Source of the DNA: Eubacteriales bacterium
GTDB lineage: Bacteria > Bacillota > Clostridia > Christensenellales > JAWKQI01
Length of the DNA: 64,000 nt
Direction of reading: 5' to 3'
Assembly (NCBI GenBank): GCA_041390245.1
Contig: JAWKQI010000006.1
Coordinates: forward strand, 19,968 to 83,967
The position numbers and the translations under genes were made by a program. Positions 54,827 to 63,674 of this stretch are shown here, one piece after another. Each line of letters begins with the position of its first letter. Position 1 is the first letter of the stretch. The notes beneath the pieces were generated by a model. The model was not told the origin of the DNA and ran no database searches. It worked only from the letters and a program-made list of their open reading frames with translations.

Positions 54827-54862
54827 TTCGGCCGCATCTTACTGATGCGGCCGAATTTTATT
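54827..54862 (+). terminator. Intrinsic terminator closing the rex2-adhE-hydS-hydCBA operon
   Basis: 12-bp stem TTCGGCCGCATC/GATGCGGCCGAA followed by TTTTATT. Confidence 0.85.
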
Positions 54863-54917
54863 ACTTCGCTTTATAATTTTTTATATATAATCTACAAGTA
54901 TAAAAATTAAGTAAACA

Positions 54918-57200
54918 TCACCTAATATTATTTCTTATACTGTTGGCTGCAGCTACCATATTCCTTAGGCTTTTATTAGTCTCTTTCTCTCCTCTGGTTT
55001 TTAACCCACAGTCTGGATTAACCCATAATTTTTTCGGGCTTATTTTTTTTAGCATTAATAAAATTGCCGATTTTATCTCTTCATTTGTCGGTACCCGCGG
55101 AGAGTGTATGTCATAAACGCCGGGCCCAACTGCTGTCTTAAATTTTGCTTTAGCAAGTACATCAACAATAGAATAATGGGAACGTGCCGCCTCAAAAGAG
55201 ATTACGTCTGCATCCATTTCATCAATTTCATTAATTATATCGTTAAATTCACTGTAGCACATATGAGTATGAATCTGCGTAGAGGGTTTTACTGAACAGT
55301 GTACCAATCTAAAAGCTGGGATCGCCCAATCTAAATAATCGCTGTGCCAATCAGACCTTCTCAAAGGCAATTTTTCCTTTAATGCAGCTTCATCAATCTG
55401 GATAATCCGAATACCTTCTGATTCAAGGTCCGCTGCTTCTTCTTTTAGTGCCAGTGCAATTTGAAACGCCATTTCCCTATTTGATATATCTTCACGGGGA
55501 AATGACCAGTTTAATATGGTGACAGGCCCTGTAAGCATACCTTTTACCGGTTTACTTGTAAGGCTTTGCGCATAAGCAATATACTCTACTGTAATAGGTT
55601 TATTTCGTCTTATATCCCCCCAGATAATCGGCGGTTTTACACAGCGCGTACCATAAGACTGCACCCATGCATTTTGGGTAAACAAAAATCCGTTTAGGTT
55701 CTCGCCAAAATACTCAACCATATCGTTGCGTTCATATTCCCCATGTACTAATACATTGAGTCCGATGTCTTCCTGTAACGCTATACAGTCGGCGATCTTC
55801 TTTTTTATTAAGGCCTTATAATCTTTAAAAGTAATCTCGTTTTTCTTAAGTTTCGCCCTTAGAGCCTTGACATCCGGAGTCTGAGGGAACGAACCTATTG
55901 TAGTAACTGGCAAAACGGGAAGATGCAATGCTTCTTCTTGAATGTTTTTTCGTTCTTCAAATGCAGGTTTTCTAATAAAGTCATTCTTTGTTAAAGCAGA
56001 TACTTTTTTTCTTAACTCAATGTCCATATTAATCATCTTAGATTCAATTAAAGCAGCGTTTGTTTTATATATATTGTTTTCATTATAATTAGCGTCGATT
56101 AACAACGAACTTAAATCACTTAATTCCTCAAGTTTTTCCTGTGCAAAAGCAAAATAACGTTTATACTTTTCTTCCATCGAAGCTTCATTTTCAATAGTGT
56201 ATGGTACGTGCAGAAGTGAACATGAGGAACTAATTATAATATTTTCCGTCAAAATATAACCCTTAAGCTCATGCATAATGGATAAAGTTTTTGTATAATT
56301 GTTCCGCCATATGTTTTTCCCGTTTATAATTCCCGCAAATAACATAGTATCTTTTGGAAAACCATATTTTAAAATGAGTCCCATGGTTTTTTTACCTTCA
56401 ACAAAATCCAGTCCAATCCCGTCAAAAGGCAAAGAAATAACTTTATCATATACATCACGGATATCCCCGAAATATGTCTGAAGTAAAATTTTAAGATCCC
56501 CTTTGCTCAAAAGAAGTTCTTTATATATTAAGATAAATAGGTCAATATCATCTTTATCCAAATCAGTAACTAAAGACGGCTCATCCAGTTGAATCCAATC
56601 ACATCCTAAGAGTTTAAATTCGTTAAAGATATTCTTATATGCTTTTACTATGTCACTGACATAATCAGATTTGTGTTTGTTGCCTTTATAATCGGCAAGC
56701 ATAAGAAATGTAAAGGGGCCGACCAGTACAGGCTTGGTTTTAATGCCAATCTCCAACGCCTCTGAATATTCTTCAAATGGTTTTCTTGAACTAACAGTAA
56801 TATCCGAATTATCGTCCAATTCGGGGACCATATAATGATAATTGGTATTAAACCATTTACGCATAGACAAAGCTCTTACATCACCATTTTTGCCCTGGTA
56901 ACCATGTGCCATTGCAAAGTAAGTATCAAGTTTACCTAATCCTAAATCTTTGTATGCCTGTGGAATCGCTCCAAGCAGAAAAATGGTATCCAACATACCG
57001 TCGTAAAATGAAAAGTCGTTTGATGGGATTAAATCGACACCTTTTTGTCTTTGAAATTGCCACTGCTTTTTTCTTAAATCTGCGGCATGTGCCTTTAATG
57101 TTTCAGTTAAGATGTTTCCTTTAAAATAATCCTCGGTCCAAAACTTAAGTTCTCTTTGGCTTCCTACCCGAGGGTATCCTATAATTGTAGTTTTTAACAT
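54918..57200 (-). CDS. metE: Cobalamin-independent methionine synthase
   Basis: 760 aa, two-domain MetE length. C-terminal Zn-site contexts (HMCYSEF, NPDCGLKTR). Confidence 0.92.
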   Translation of the reverse strand: MLKTTIIGYPRVGSQRELKFWTEDYFKGNILTETLKAHAADLRKKQWQFQRQKGVDLIPSNDFSFYDGMLDTIFLLGAIPQAYKDLGLGKLDTYFAMAHGYQGKNGDVRALSMRKWFNTNYHYMVPELDDNSDITVSSRKPFEEYSEALEIGIKTKPVLVGPFTFLMLADYKGNKHKSDYVSDIVKAYKNIFNEFKLLGCDWIQLDEPSLVTDLDKDDIDLFILIYKELLLSKGDLKILLQTYFGDIRDVYDKVISLPFDGIGLDFVEGKKTMGLILKYGFPKDTMLFAGIINGKNIWRNNYTKTLSIMHELKGYILTENIIISSSCSLLHVPYTIENEASMEEKYKRYFAFAQEKLEELSDLSSLLIDANYNENNIYKTNAALIESKMINMDIELRKKVSALTKNDFIRKPAFEERKNIQEEALHLPVLPVTTIGSFPQTPDVKALRAKLKKNEITFKDYKALIKKKIADCIALQEDIGLNVLVHGEYERNDMVEYFGENLNGFLFTQNAWVQSYGTRCVKPPIIWGDIRRNKPITVEYIAYAQSLTSKPVKGMLTGPVTILNWSFPREDISNREMAFQIALALKEEAADLESEGIRIIQIDEAALKEKLPLRRSDWHSDYLDWAIPAFRLVHCSVKPSTQIHTHMCYSEFNDIINEIDEMDADVISFEAARSHYSIVDVLAKAKFKTAVGPGVYDIHSPRVPTNEEIKSAILLMLKKISPKKLWVNPDCGLKTRGEKETNKSLRNMVAAANSIRNNIR

Positions 57201-57287
57201 TTAATTTCCTCCTTAATTTATGGAGAAAATAGGGTTTTTAAGCCTATCTTCCTTCCCAAAGATAATTTTGCTGATATACAGCAGTGC

Positions 57288-57469
57288 ATTCAGGCAGGTC
57301 TCCTGACTCCTTTTCATACTACTCTTTCTTACCTTCCCAAAATAAATCAGTGGCGAGAATTTATATTCTCTCAGAAATTTCATCCAAGTTACAGTAGTGG
57401 GTGCTGTTTCGGATTTTCACCGAATTCCCTATTATCATCTGGCAGCAAATCTGCCAAAGCACCTGAATA
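57288..57469 (-). promoter_or_regulatory. Cobalamin (B12) riboswitch
   Basis: The - strand carries ...AAUAGGGAAUUCGGUGAAAAUCCGAAACAGCACCCACUACUGUAA...GCCACUG (B12 box)...GGGAAGG...AGUCAGGAGACCUGCCUGAAU. P1 is AUUCAGG/CCUGAAU. Downstream, UUCUCC (57222-57227) can pair with the metE SD GGAGGA. Confidence 0.88.
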
Positions 57470-57507
57470 CAAATTATGTAGCTATACTATTTTTAAAATC
57501 ACCTCCC

Positions 57508-57800
57508 AAATAAAAAATCTCATCCTCTTTTAAAGAAGACGAGATAGCTCCCGTGTTACCACTTCAATTTTATCTATACCTCACGATATAGACCTTAATA
57601 AGTACGCCAAAAATAATATTGGTTATACTCCTCTTCAATAACGGGAAATCCCGTCGTATTTTCAATGCTTTATACATTTTAAATACGCCACTTAAAAGCC
57701 ATTTTCATCATGCATCATGTTGCTTCCTTTCAGCTCGACTAGGTCGCAGAAGCATCTCTAACACTATTAGCATGATTACTATCTTTGTCATCGTGTTTAC
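57508..57800 (-). promoter_or_regulatory. T-box leader (probable Met specifier AUG) with intrinsic terminator
   Basis: On the - strand, Stem I carries GAUGA (K-turn), AGUA, AGAGA and the helix AUCAUGC/GCAUGAU, followed by GAAAAUGG. The T-box sequence is GAAGUGGUAACACGG (57550-57565). The terminator is CUCGUCUUCU...AGAGGAUGAG plus UUUUUUAUUU (57508-57543). Confidence 0.72.
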
Positions 57801-57822
57801 GATTTATTTATCATTTGAAAAT

Positions 57823-57851
57823 ATTTTAATAAATCAAACCCAAATTGTCAA
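57823..57851 (-). promoter_or_regulatory. Promoter of the metE leader
   Basis: - strand TTGACA, 17 nt, TAAAAT. Confidence 0.6.
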
Positions 57852-57910
57852 TTATTTTACTTAATATATGTTTACCTAAAGCCTTATTCTTATTTAATTT
57901 TTAATTTTTC

Positions 57911-57939
57911 TTGACAAATACAAAACCAGATAGTATATT
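57911..57939 (+). promoter_or_regulatory. Promoter of the ABC-GntR operon
   Basis: TTGACA, 17 nt, TATATT. Confidence 0.6.
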
Positions 57940-57961
57940 GTGTATATACAATATACACAAT
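57937..57961. promoter_or_regulatory. Perfect 11-bp inverted repeat ATTGTGTATAT-N3-ATATACACAAT, candidate GntR (YtrA-type) operator
   Basis: The palindrome overlaps the -10/+1 of the promoter. The operon ends with a YtrA-like GntR regulator. Confidence 0.55.
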
Positions 57962-57977
57962 ATTAGGAGTGATAAAA

Positions 57978-58829
57978 ATGGCGATATTATCTTTGCAAAA
58001 CTTAAGCAAACGATATGAAAAATTTGAGTTGAAAAACGTATCATTTACATTGGATAAAGGCTATATAATGGGCTTTATAGGACGAAACGGCGCAGGTAAG
58101 ACAACTACACTTAAAACAATGCTTAATCTGGTACACGCTTATAGTGGTAAAACTTTTATTTTTGATAAAGAATTCACAAGCAATGAGACTGACATAAAGC
58201 AGCAGATAAGCTTTATGTTTGGAGGTGCAAACTATTACCCCAAAAAGAAATTAAAAACGATCACAAGCGTTATCAAAAGGTTTTATAATGGATGGGATGA
58301 TACAGCATATAAAAACTATCTAAAAAGATTTGATTTAGACGAGAATAAAAAAGTAGATGAACTGTCCCAAGGTATGAAAGTGAAATACGATTTGGCTTTG
58401 GCTCTGTCCCACAATGCAAAATTACTTATACTGGATGAACCGACAAGCGGGCTTGATCCTGTCTCACGTGATGACTTGCTTGAATTGTTTCAGGAGTTGA
58501 TTGAAGATGGCGAAAGAAGTATACTTTTTTCCACACAGATCACCTCTGACCTTGAAAAATGTGCTGATTTTATCACATATATCAAGAACGGCGAAATCAT
58601 TGCAAGTAAAGATAAAGACGATTTTCTTAGCTCCTATAAAATTGTTAAAGGCACCAGCGAACAACTGACGCAGCAGCTTAAATTTAAGCTAATCGGATAT
58701 AAGCAAAATGCATATGGTTTTTCGGGGCTTATCAATACTGAAGATTTGCCTTCTGTTAATGGTCTTAATGTATCAGCCCCGGACATTGAATCGATAATGA
58801 TATATTTTGAAAAGGAGAAAAGGGATTAA
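57978..58829 (+). CDS. ABC transporter ATP-binding protein
   Basis: Walker A GRNGAGKTT, signature LSQGMK, Walker B LLILDEP. ATG at 57978 with AGGAG 8 nt upstream. Confidence 0.9.
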   Translation: MAILSLQNLSKRYEKFELKNVSFTLDKGYIMGFIGRNGAGKTTTLKTMLNLVHAYSGKTFIFDKEFTSNETDIKQQISFMFGGANYYPKKKLKTITSVIKRFYNGWDDTAYKNYLKRFDLDENKKVDELSQGMKVKYDLALALSHNAKLLILDEPTSGLDPVSRDDLLELFQELIEDGERSILFSTQITSDLEKCADFITYIKNGEIIASKDKDDFLSSYKIVKGTSEQLTQQLKFKLIGYKQNAYGFSGLINTEDLPSVNGLNVSAPDIESIMIYFEKEKRD

Positions 58830-58831
58830 TT

Positions 58832-59479
58832 ATGAAAGATTTATTATATAAAGAATTTAAGCTGTCTCTAAATCCCGGTACTTACATATACCCTGCGACA
58901 AGTGCGTTATTGCTCGTTCCAGACTACCCGTATTTTCTAGCATTTATATATACATTTATCGGCCTTATGACCATATTTATTCTAAACAGGGAAAGCCATG
59001 ATATCTTTTTTACTGCCTCTTTACCTATACGTAAAAGAGACACAGTAAAAGCACGTGTATATACTATTGCAATAATCGAGTTGATTCAGATTGCAGTAGC
59101 TGTACCTTTTGCAATAATACGCGGCCTTATAAACCCCCTTGGCAATTCCGTTGGAATAGATGCAAACCCCGCCCTGTTTGGATTTGTATTTATAATGTAT
59201 GCAGTATTTAATGCCATTTATTTCCCCATGTTTTATAAAACGGCATATAAGGTAGCCTGGCCCTTGATAATCTCATGCACAGCCGTAACTATATATATTT
59301 TTGCTGTTGAAGTTGCCATCCAGTCCGTCCCCGTTCTAAAGACATATTTAGATACTCTAGACGCCAGGTACGCCGCTATACAGCTTACAGCATTGATTGC
59401 TGGCATGGTAATATTTGCTTTGTCCTGTATATTTGCCTATAAAAAAGCGGCTAGCCGTTTTGAAAAAGTAGATTTATAA
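58832..59479 (+). CDS. ABC-2-type transporter permease
   Basis: 215 aa with about six hydrophobic helices. Coupled to the ATPase gene. Confidence 0.7.
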   Translation: MKDLLYKEFKLSLNPGTYIYPATSALLLVPDYPYFLAFIYTFIGLMTIFILNRESHDIFFTASLPIRKRDTVKARVYTIAIIELIQIAVAVPFAIIRGLINPLGNSVGIDANPALFGFVFIMYAVFNAIYFPMFYKTAYKVAWPLIISCTAVTIYIFAVEVAIQSVPVLKTYLDTLDARYAAIQLTALIAGMVIFALSCIFAYKKAASRFEKVDL

Positions 59480-59493
59480 TATGAGAGGGTTAG

Positions 59494-59874
59494 ATGGATA
59501 TCGTAATTTCAAATACATCCGATAAACCTATATACCAGCAGATATACGAACAAATATCCGCACAGATCATAAAAGGCAAGCTAAAAAAAGACTATTGCCT
59601 GCCGCCGATAAGAACAATCGCTAAAGAACTGCGTATAAGCGTAATTACAGTGAAAAAAGCCTGGGAGGAACTGGAGCGGAACGGTTTCATTTATTCTGTA
59701 GTAGGAAAAGGATGCTTCGTGTCACCTATGCAGCATCATGAGCTTATAAACAAACGGGACGAGCTTATTAGTGAAAAATTAAAAAAAGACATTGGATATT
59801 ATAAATCACTTGGCCTTTCTCTCTCAGATATCATTAAATTAATTGAACGTTCATTTAATTCATTAGATGATTAG
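59494..59874 (+). CDS. GntR-family (YtrA-subfamily) transcriptional regulator
   Basis: 126 aa. PIYQQIYEQI...LPPIRTIAKELRISVITVKKAWEELERNGFIYSVVGKGCFV. Confidence 0.88.
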   Translation: MDIVISNTSDKPIYQQIYEQISAQIIKGKLKKDYCLPPIRTIAKELRISVITVKKAWEELERNGFIYSVVGKGCFVSPMQHHELINKRDELISEKLKKDIGYYKSLGLSLSDIIKLIERSFNSLDD

Positions 59875-59880
59875 TATAAA

Positions 59881-59909
59881 AATACCGCAAAATATAATTT
59901 TGCGGTATT
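59881..59909. terminator. Bidirectional terminator hairpin between gntR and tRNA-Arg
   Basis: Stem AATACCGCAAAAT/ATTTTGCGGTATT. The T-run is better on the - strand (TTTTATAC). Confidence 0.6.
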
Positions 59910-59932
59910 TAAAATAAAAACTTGCTTTGATA

Positions 59933-60009
59933 TGGCGCGCCTATCGGGATTCGAACCCAAGGCCTTTCGCTTAGGAGGCGAACGCTCTATCCTGCTGAGC
60001 TATAGGCGC
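59933..60009 (-). tRNA. tRNA-Arg (anticodon CCT), CCA-encoded
   Basis: The - strand sequence is GCGCCTATAGCTCAGCAGGATAGAGCGTTCGCCTCCTAAGCGAAAGGCCTTGGGTTCGAATCCCGATAGGCGCGCCA. Features: 7-bp acceptor stem, anticodon loop CTCCTAA, GGTTCGAATCC T-arm. Confidence 0.9.
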
Positions 60010-60082
60010 TCATTTTGAAAGGACAGCGTGTATCTTATTAAAATACACCCTATCCTTTTATTATTAAATCAGTACAAAAAGA

Positions 60083-60111
60083 ATTGTACCTTCATTTTCT
60101 AAAATAGTCAA
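60083..60111 (-). promoter_or_regulatory. Promoter of tRNA-Arg
   Basis: - strand TTGACT, 17 nt, TACAAT. Confidence 0.5.
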
Positions 60112-60120
60112 ATGAAACTA

Positions 60121-60909
60121 TTAGAAAAATACATGGAATACTAATTGATCGAGTATAACTAATGCACCTAAAATACCTACGTACACTGCAAATCCGTAAA
60201 GCCTCTTCCTTTTTATTAAGTTTAACATAAACTTTACTGCTACATAACCCGATATACAAGCTGCAACCATTCCTAATATTACAGGTAACCAGTCTACATT
60301 TCCTATTCCTACCTTAACAGCATCATAACCTTCAAATATTGCAGAACCTAAAATAATTGGGATAGACATAAGAAATGAAAACTTTGCCGCTGCTTCCCTG
60401 TTCATGCCAGTAAAAAGTCCTCCTGCAATAGTACTTCCGGAGCGAGATACACCCGGTAATATTGCCAGCGCCTGCATAATGCCCATTGAAAGCGCATTTT
60501 TTAAATTAACTTCCTGGCGCGGATTTTTTCTCTGGCGAGAATACAGCTTTTCAGACAATGTAAGTATTAGTGCCGTTAATAAGAACATGTAACCTAAAGA
60601 TGCTCCGCCGAACGCTTCCTCGAAAAAGTCTGAAAACAGGGCACCTATAATAACGGCTGGTATCGATGCTATTACGATCATCCATGTCATGTGTCCAAAC
60701 AGATTCTTTAGTATTTTTAATATATCTTTCCAAAGTACAATCGTAACGGCTACCAATGTTGCCAAATGGACCATCACGCCAAAAAATATCTGCTGTTCCT
60801 GTATACCAAATACGTTTTGCAGTAAAACGATATGTCCGGAGCTCGAAACTGGCAGGAATTCAGTTAATCCTTGTACCAAACCAATTATTATAGATTCAAT
60901 TATGTTCAT
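60121..60909 (-). CDS. uppP: Undecaprenyl-diphosphate phosphatase
   Basis: 262 aa polytopic membrane protein. Motifs LTEFLPVSSSGH and PGVSRSG. Confidence 0.92.
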   Translation of the reverse strand: MNIIESIIIGLVQGLTEFLPVSSSGHIVLLQNVFGIQEQQIFFGVMVHLATLVAVTIVLWKDILKILKNLFGHMTWMIVIASIPAVIIGALFSDFFEEAFGGASLGYMFLLTALILTLSEKLYSRQRKNPRQEVNLKNALSMGIMQALAILPGVSRSGSTIAGGLFTGMNREAAAKFSFLMSIPIILGSAIFEGYDAVKVGIGNVDWLPVILGMVAACISGYVAVKFMLNLIKRKRLYGFAVYVGILGALVILDQLVFHVFF

Positions 60910-61137
60910 AAAGACTCCTTAAAACACTACTTAATAAATTATTATTGTCTTTTGCTAAAGCGCTTTTTTACTTTATCTATTATACACAAATTTTAGTGTT
61001 TTTTAAATTCTTTTTTTGCTTACTTTTTAACTTTCATTCTCTAATTCAGACATATCTTGTATTATATGTATTGTTTTAACAAAACTTATGCTATAATTAC
61101 TTAAAAATATTATTTTTAATCTATTTTAGGGGGGTAT

Positions 61138-63642
61138 ATGCGCTCTTTAAAAAAAGCCTTTATTATTTTCATTTTTTTATCTATATTAATTGGCTCTCCT
61201 TCAAATGCACTTAGTGGAAATAATAAGGCTCTCGATATAACAGATACAGTCCTTTTTGAGACTGAGAACGGCATAACTAATTTTTCTAAAGTAACGGATT
61301 CTGATATAGAAACATATTTATCTTTTAGCAAGCAAGATGAACTTACTATTACCATACCAAGTGGTAATACGGGCGGATATATATATCTTAAATGGTTTAA
61401 TTCCCCTGATTCATACGAAATATCCTATACCGATAAAAACGGGAATCAAAATACGGCCAGCCGTTCCGGTGGCATGTTCCATGAAACTATTTCGATAAGC
61501 GAAGGCTTTACCTCAGCCAAAATATCTGTTAACAAAGGTTCTAAGCTTTCCGAAGTAACTGTTTACTCTTCAGGCAACCCTATAGATGAGATACAAACCT
61601 GGTCTCCAACTGTAGATAAAGCCGACCTCATGGTCATTTCTGCCCATCCAGACGACGAAATGCTATTTATGGGAGGTACCATCCCCTACTACGCCGGCGA
61701 GTGTAAAAAAGACACTGTTGTGCTTTATATGACTCACCAAAAGCGTATACGGCAAACAGAAGCCTTAAACGGCCTTTGGGTTACCGGGCTTAAAACTTAT
61801 CCCGTCTTTGCCGGCTTCCCAGATAAATATTCTGACGATTTAGACACAGTCGCTGCTTCATGGGGCGGAAAAGACAAAGTAATTAAATACTTAGTCGAAC
61901 AAATACGGCATTATAAACCAGATGTAATAGTAACACACGATGAAGACGGTGAATACGGGCACGGCGCCCACCGCCTTGTCGCTTACTGCATACAAAAAGC
62001 AGTTATTGCCGCGAAAGATGAAACTAAATATTTAGATTCTTATAATAAATACGGAACATACGAAGTTAAAAAGCTATATCTGCATCTATATGATGAAAAT
62101 AAAATAACTATGGACTGGAGAATACCTCTTAGCAGTTTTAACGGAAAAACAGCACTCGAAATGGCTGAAGCCGGTTATTCTGAGCATTTATCACAGCAAG
62201 ACTTATCGTTTAAAGTTTTAGATACCGGGCGGACAAGCTGCGCGGAATTTGGCCTTTGCTATTCAAGCGTTGGGTCAGACGTAAATAAAGATGACTTTTT
62301 TGAAAATATACCTATACTTGTAGAAACTGAAGAATCTCCTTTGGCAGAACCAGAAATGGCATCTTCTGCTTCTTTAAGTGAAGATACTCTTGCTGAAATT
62401 GAATCGCTTAATACCAATACCTCATTTTTCAATAATTCTTTCCTATTGGTAATAAGCGTTTTAGCTGCTCTTATCGCTGCACTTATCATAGTTTTAATAA
62501 ACGTTATTAAAAGATGCACAAAAAAAGCCCTTAAAAATTTCCTTACGGCCTCTATTGCAGCCTTGATTGTCATTGCATTGGGCGTAAGCGGATACTTTAC
62601 ATATTCATATTTAAAGAATGGATCTATCTTCACTTCCGAACCGTCCGCTTCATCCTCTGTTTCCCCTTCGGCTAGTGAGCCTGATGTGTCCAGCACTTCT
62701 TTTAACTATATAGATAATTCTACATCCTCAAAAAAAGATTTAAATGGATATTTTATGCAGGATGGCACTGAGCTTATAGTAAATAACTTTGAAACCGGCA
62801 TTTGGATGTACAGAGACGATTCTCTTTCCATAACTATTGAAAGAAAGGAAATGTCTTCTAAAAAAGTCGTTTACTACGTTGCCGATATCCGTACCAGAAA
62901 TGGTGAGATGCCTTTTGCCGCAATGGCTCAGGAAGGAAGCGGTACTGCAAGGGATTGGCCGTACCTGTTATCCAGAAATAATAATGCGGTCTTTGGTGTA
63001 ACATCAGATTTCTTAACGGTTCAGGATACCCAGTATAAAGGCGTACTTATAAGGAACGGTAAAGTATATAGTGATGGAAAAGGTGAAGATACTCTTGCAG
63101 TCATGCCAGACGGTGAACTTAAAATATTCGCAAAAGGCAAAATAACTGCAAAAGAGCTTTTAGATATGGGTGTTGAGAATTCTTATTCATTTGGGCCTAC
63201 GCTAATAAACGATGGAGTTATAGAAGATGGCCTAACCAGCCACCGCCTCCGCTCGAAAAATCCAAGAAGTTCTGTTGGAATGATAGAGCCCGGGCACTAT
63301 ATCTTTATAGTTGTAGACGGCAGAGACCCAGGCCACAGTATCGGCGTAACACTTCAGGAACTTGCAGAATTATACTCCTCATACGGCGTTAAAGTAGCAT
63401 ATGCAATGGACGGCGGCTCCTCCTCCGGAATGGTGTTCATGGGTAATTCGGTAAGCCAGCACAATATGCAATTAAATTGGGGCCAGCGCCGCAATCCGGA
63501 CCTGTTTGCCTTTGGAAAATCCGACTCAGTTCCAGGCGTAAGCGATCCTGTTATAAATAAAGGAAACGGCGTTGACGTCGGCGTCAAGACCGGTGCCAAT
63601 ATAGATACTGGAACTAATACTACAGACGATACGTCAAATTAA
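61138..63642 (+). CDS. Multidomain envelope protein: signal peptide, PIG-L/LmbE-type deacetylase, TM segments, phosphodiester glycosidase (DUF2233-like) domain
   Basis: 834 aa. SAHPDDEMLFMGG and HDEDGEYGHGAH (PIG-L). Two hydrophobic helices around aa 430-490. C-terminal ...IFIVVDGR...AYAMDGGSSSGMVF. Confidence 0.75.
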   Translation: MRSLKKAFIIFIFLSILIGSPSNALSGNNKALDITDTVLFETENGITNFSKVTDSDIETYLSFSKQDELTITIPSGNTGGYIYLKWFNSPDSYEISYTDKNGNQNTASRSGGMFHETISISEGFTSAKISVNKGSKLSEVTVYSSGNPIDEIQTWSPTVDKADLMVISAHPDDEMLFMGGTIPYYAGECKKDTVVLYMTHQKRIRQTEALNGLWVTGLKTYPVFAGFPDKYSDDLDTVAASWGGKDKVIKYLVEQIRHYKPDVIVTHDEDGEYGHGAHRLVAYCIQKAVIAAKDETKYLDSYNKYGTYEVKKLYLHLYDENKITMDWRIPLSSFNGKTALEMAEAGYSEHLSQQDLSFKVLDTGRTSCAEFGLCYSSVGSDVNKDDFFENIPILVETEESPLAEPEMASSASLSEDTLAEIESLNTNTSFFNNSFLLVISVLAALIAALIIVLINVIKRCTKKALKNFLTASIAALIVIALGVSGYFTYSYLKNGSIFTSEPSASSSVSPSASEPDVSSTSFNYIDNSTSSKKDLNGYFMQDGTELIVNNFETGIWMYRDDSLSITIERKEMSSKKVVYYVADIRTRNGEMPFAAMAQEGSGTARDWPYLLSRNNNAVFGVTSDFLTVQDTQYKGVLIRNGKVYSDGKGEDTLAVMPDGELKIFAKGKITAKELLDMGVENSYSFGPTLINDGVIEDGLTSHRLRSKNPRSSVGMIEPGHYIFIVVDGRDPGHSIGVTLQELAELYSSYGVKVAYAMDGGSSSGMVFMGNSVSQHNMQLNWGQRRNPDLFAFGKSDSVPGVSDPVINKGNGVDVGVKTGANIDTGTNTTDDTSN

Positions 63643-63674
63643 CCGTATAGATATTAAGAAATCTCGAGGCTTTT

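Noticed and set aside
57619-57864. 81-aa + strand ORF
   Set aside because: It lies antisense within the T-box leader and promoter of metE. It has no RBS and its composition is hydrophobic and low-complexity.
59933-60009. tRNA-Arg as an integration site for a mobile element
   Set aside because: No integrase, no direct repeat of the tRNA 3' end, and no compositional anomaly are visible on either side. The neighbours are ordinary envelope and ABC genes.
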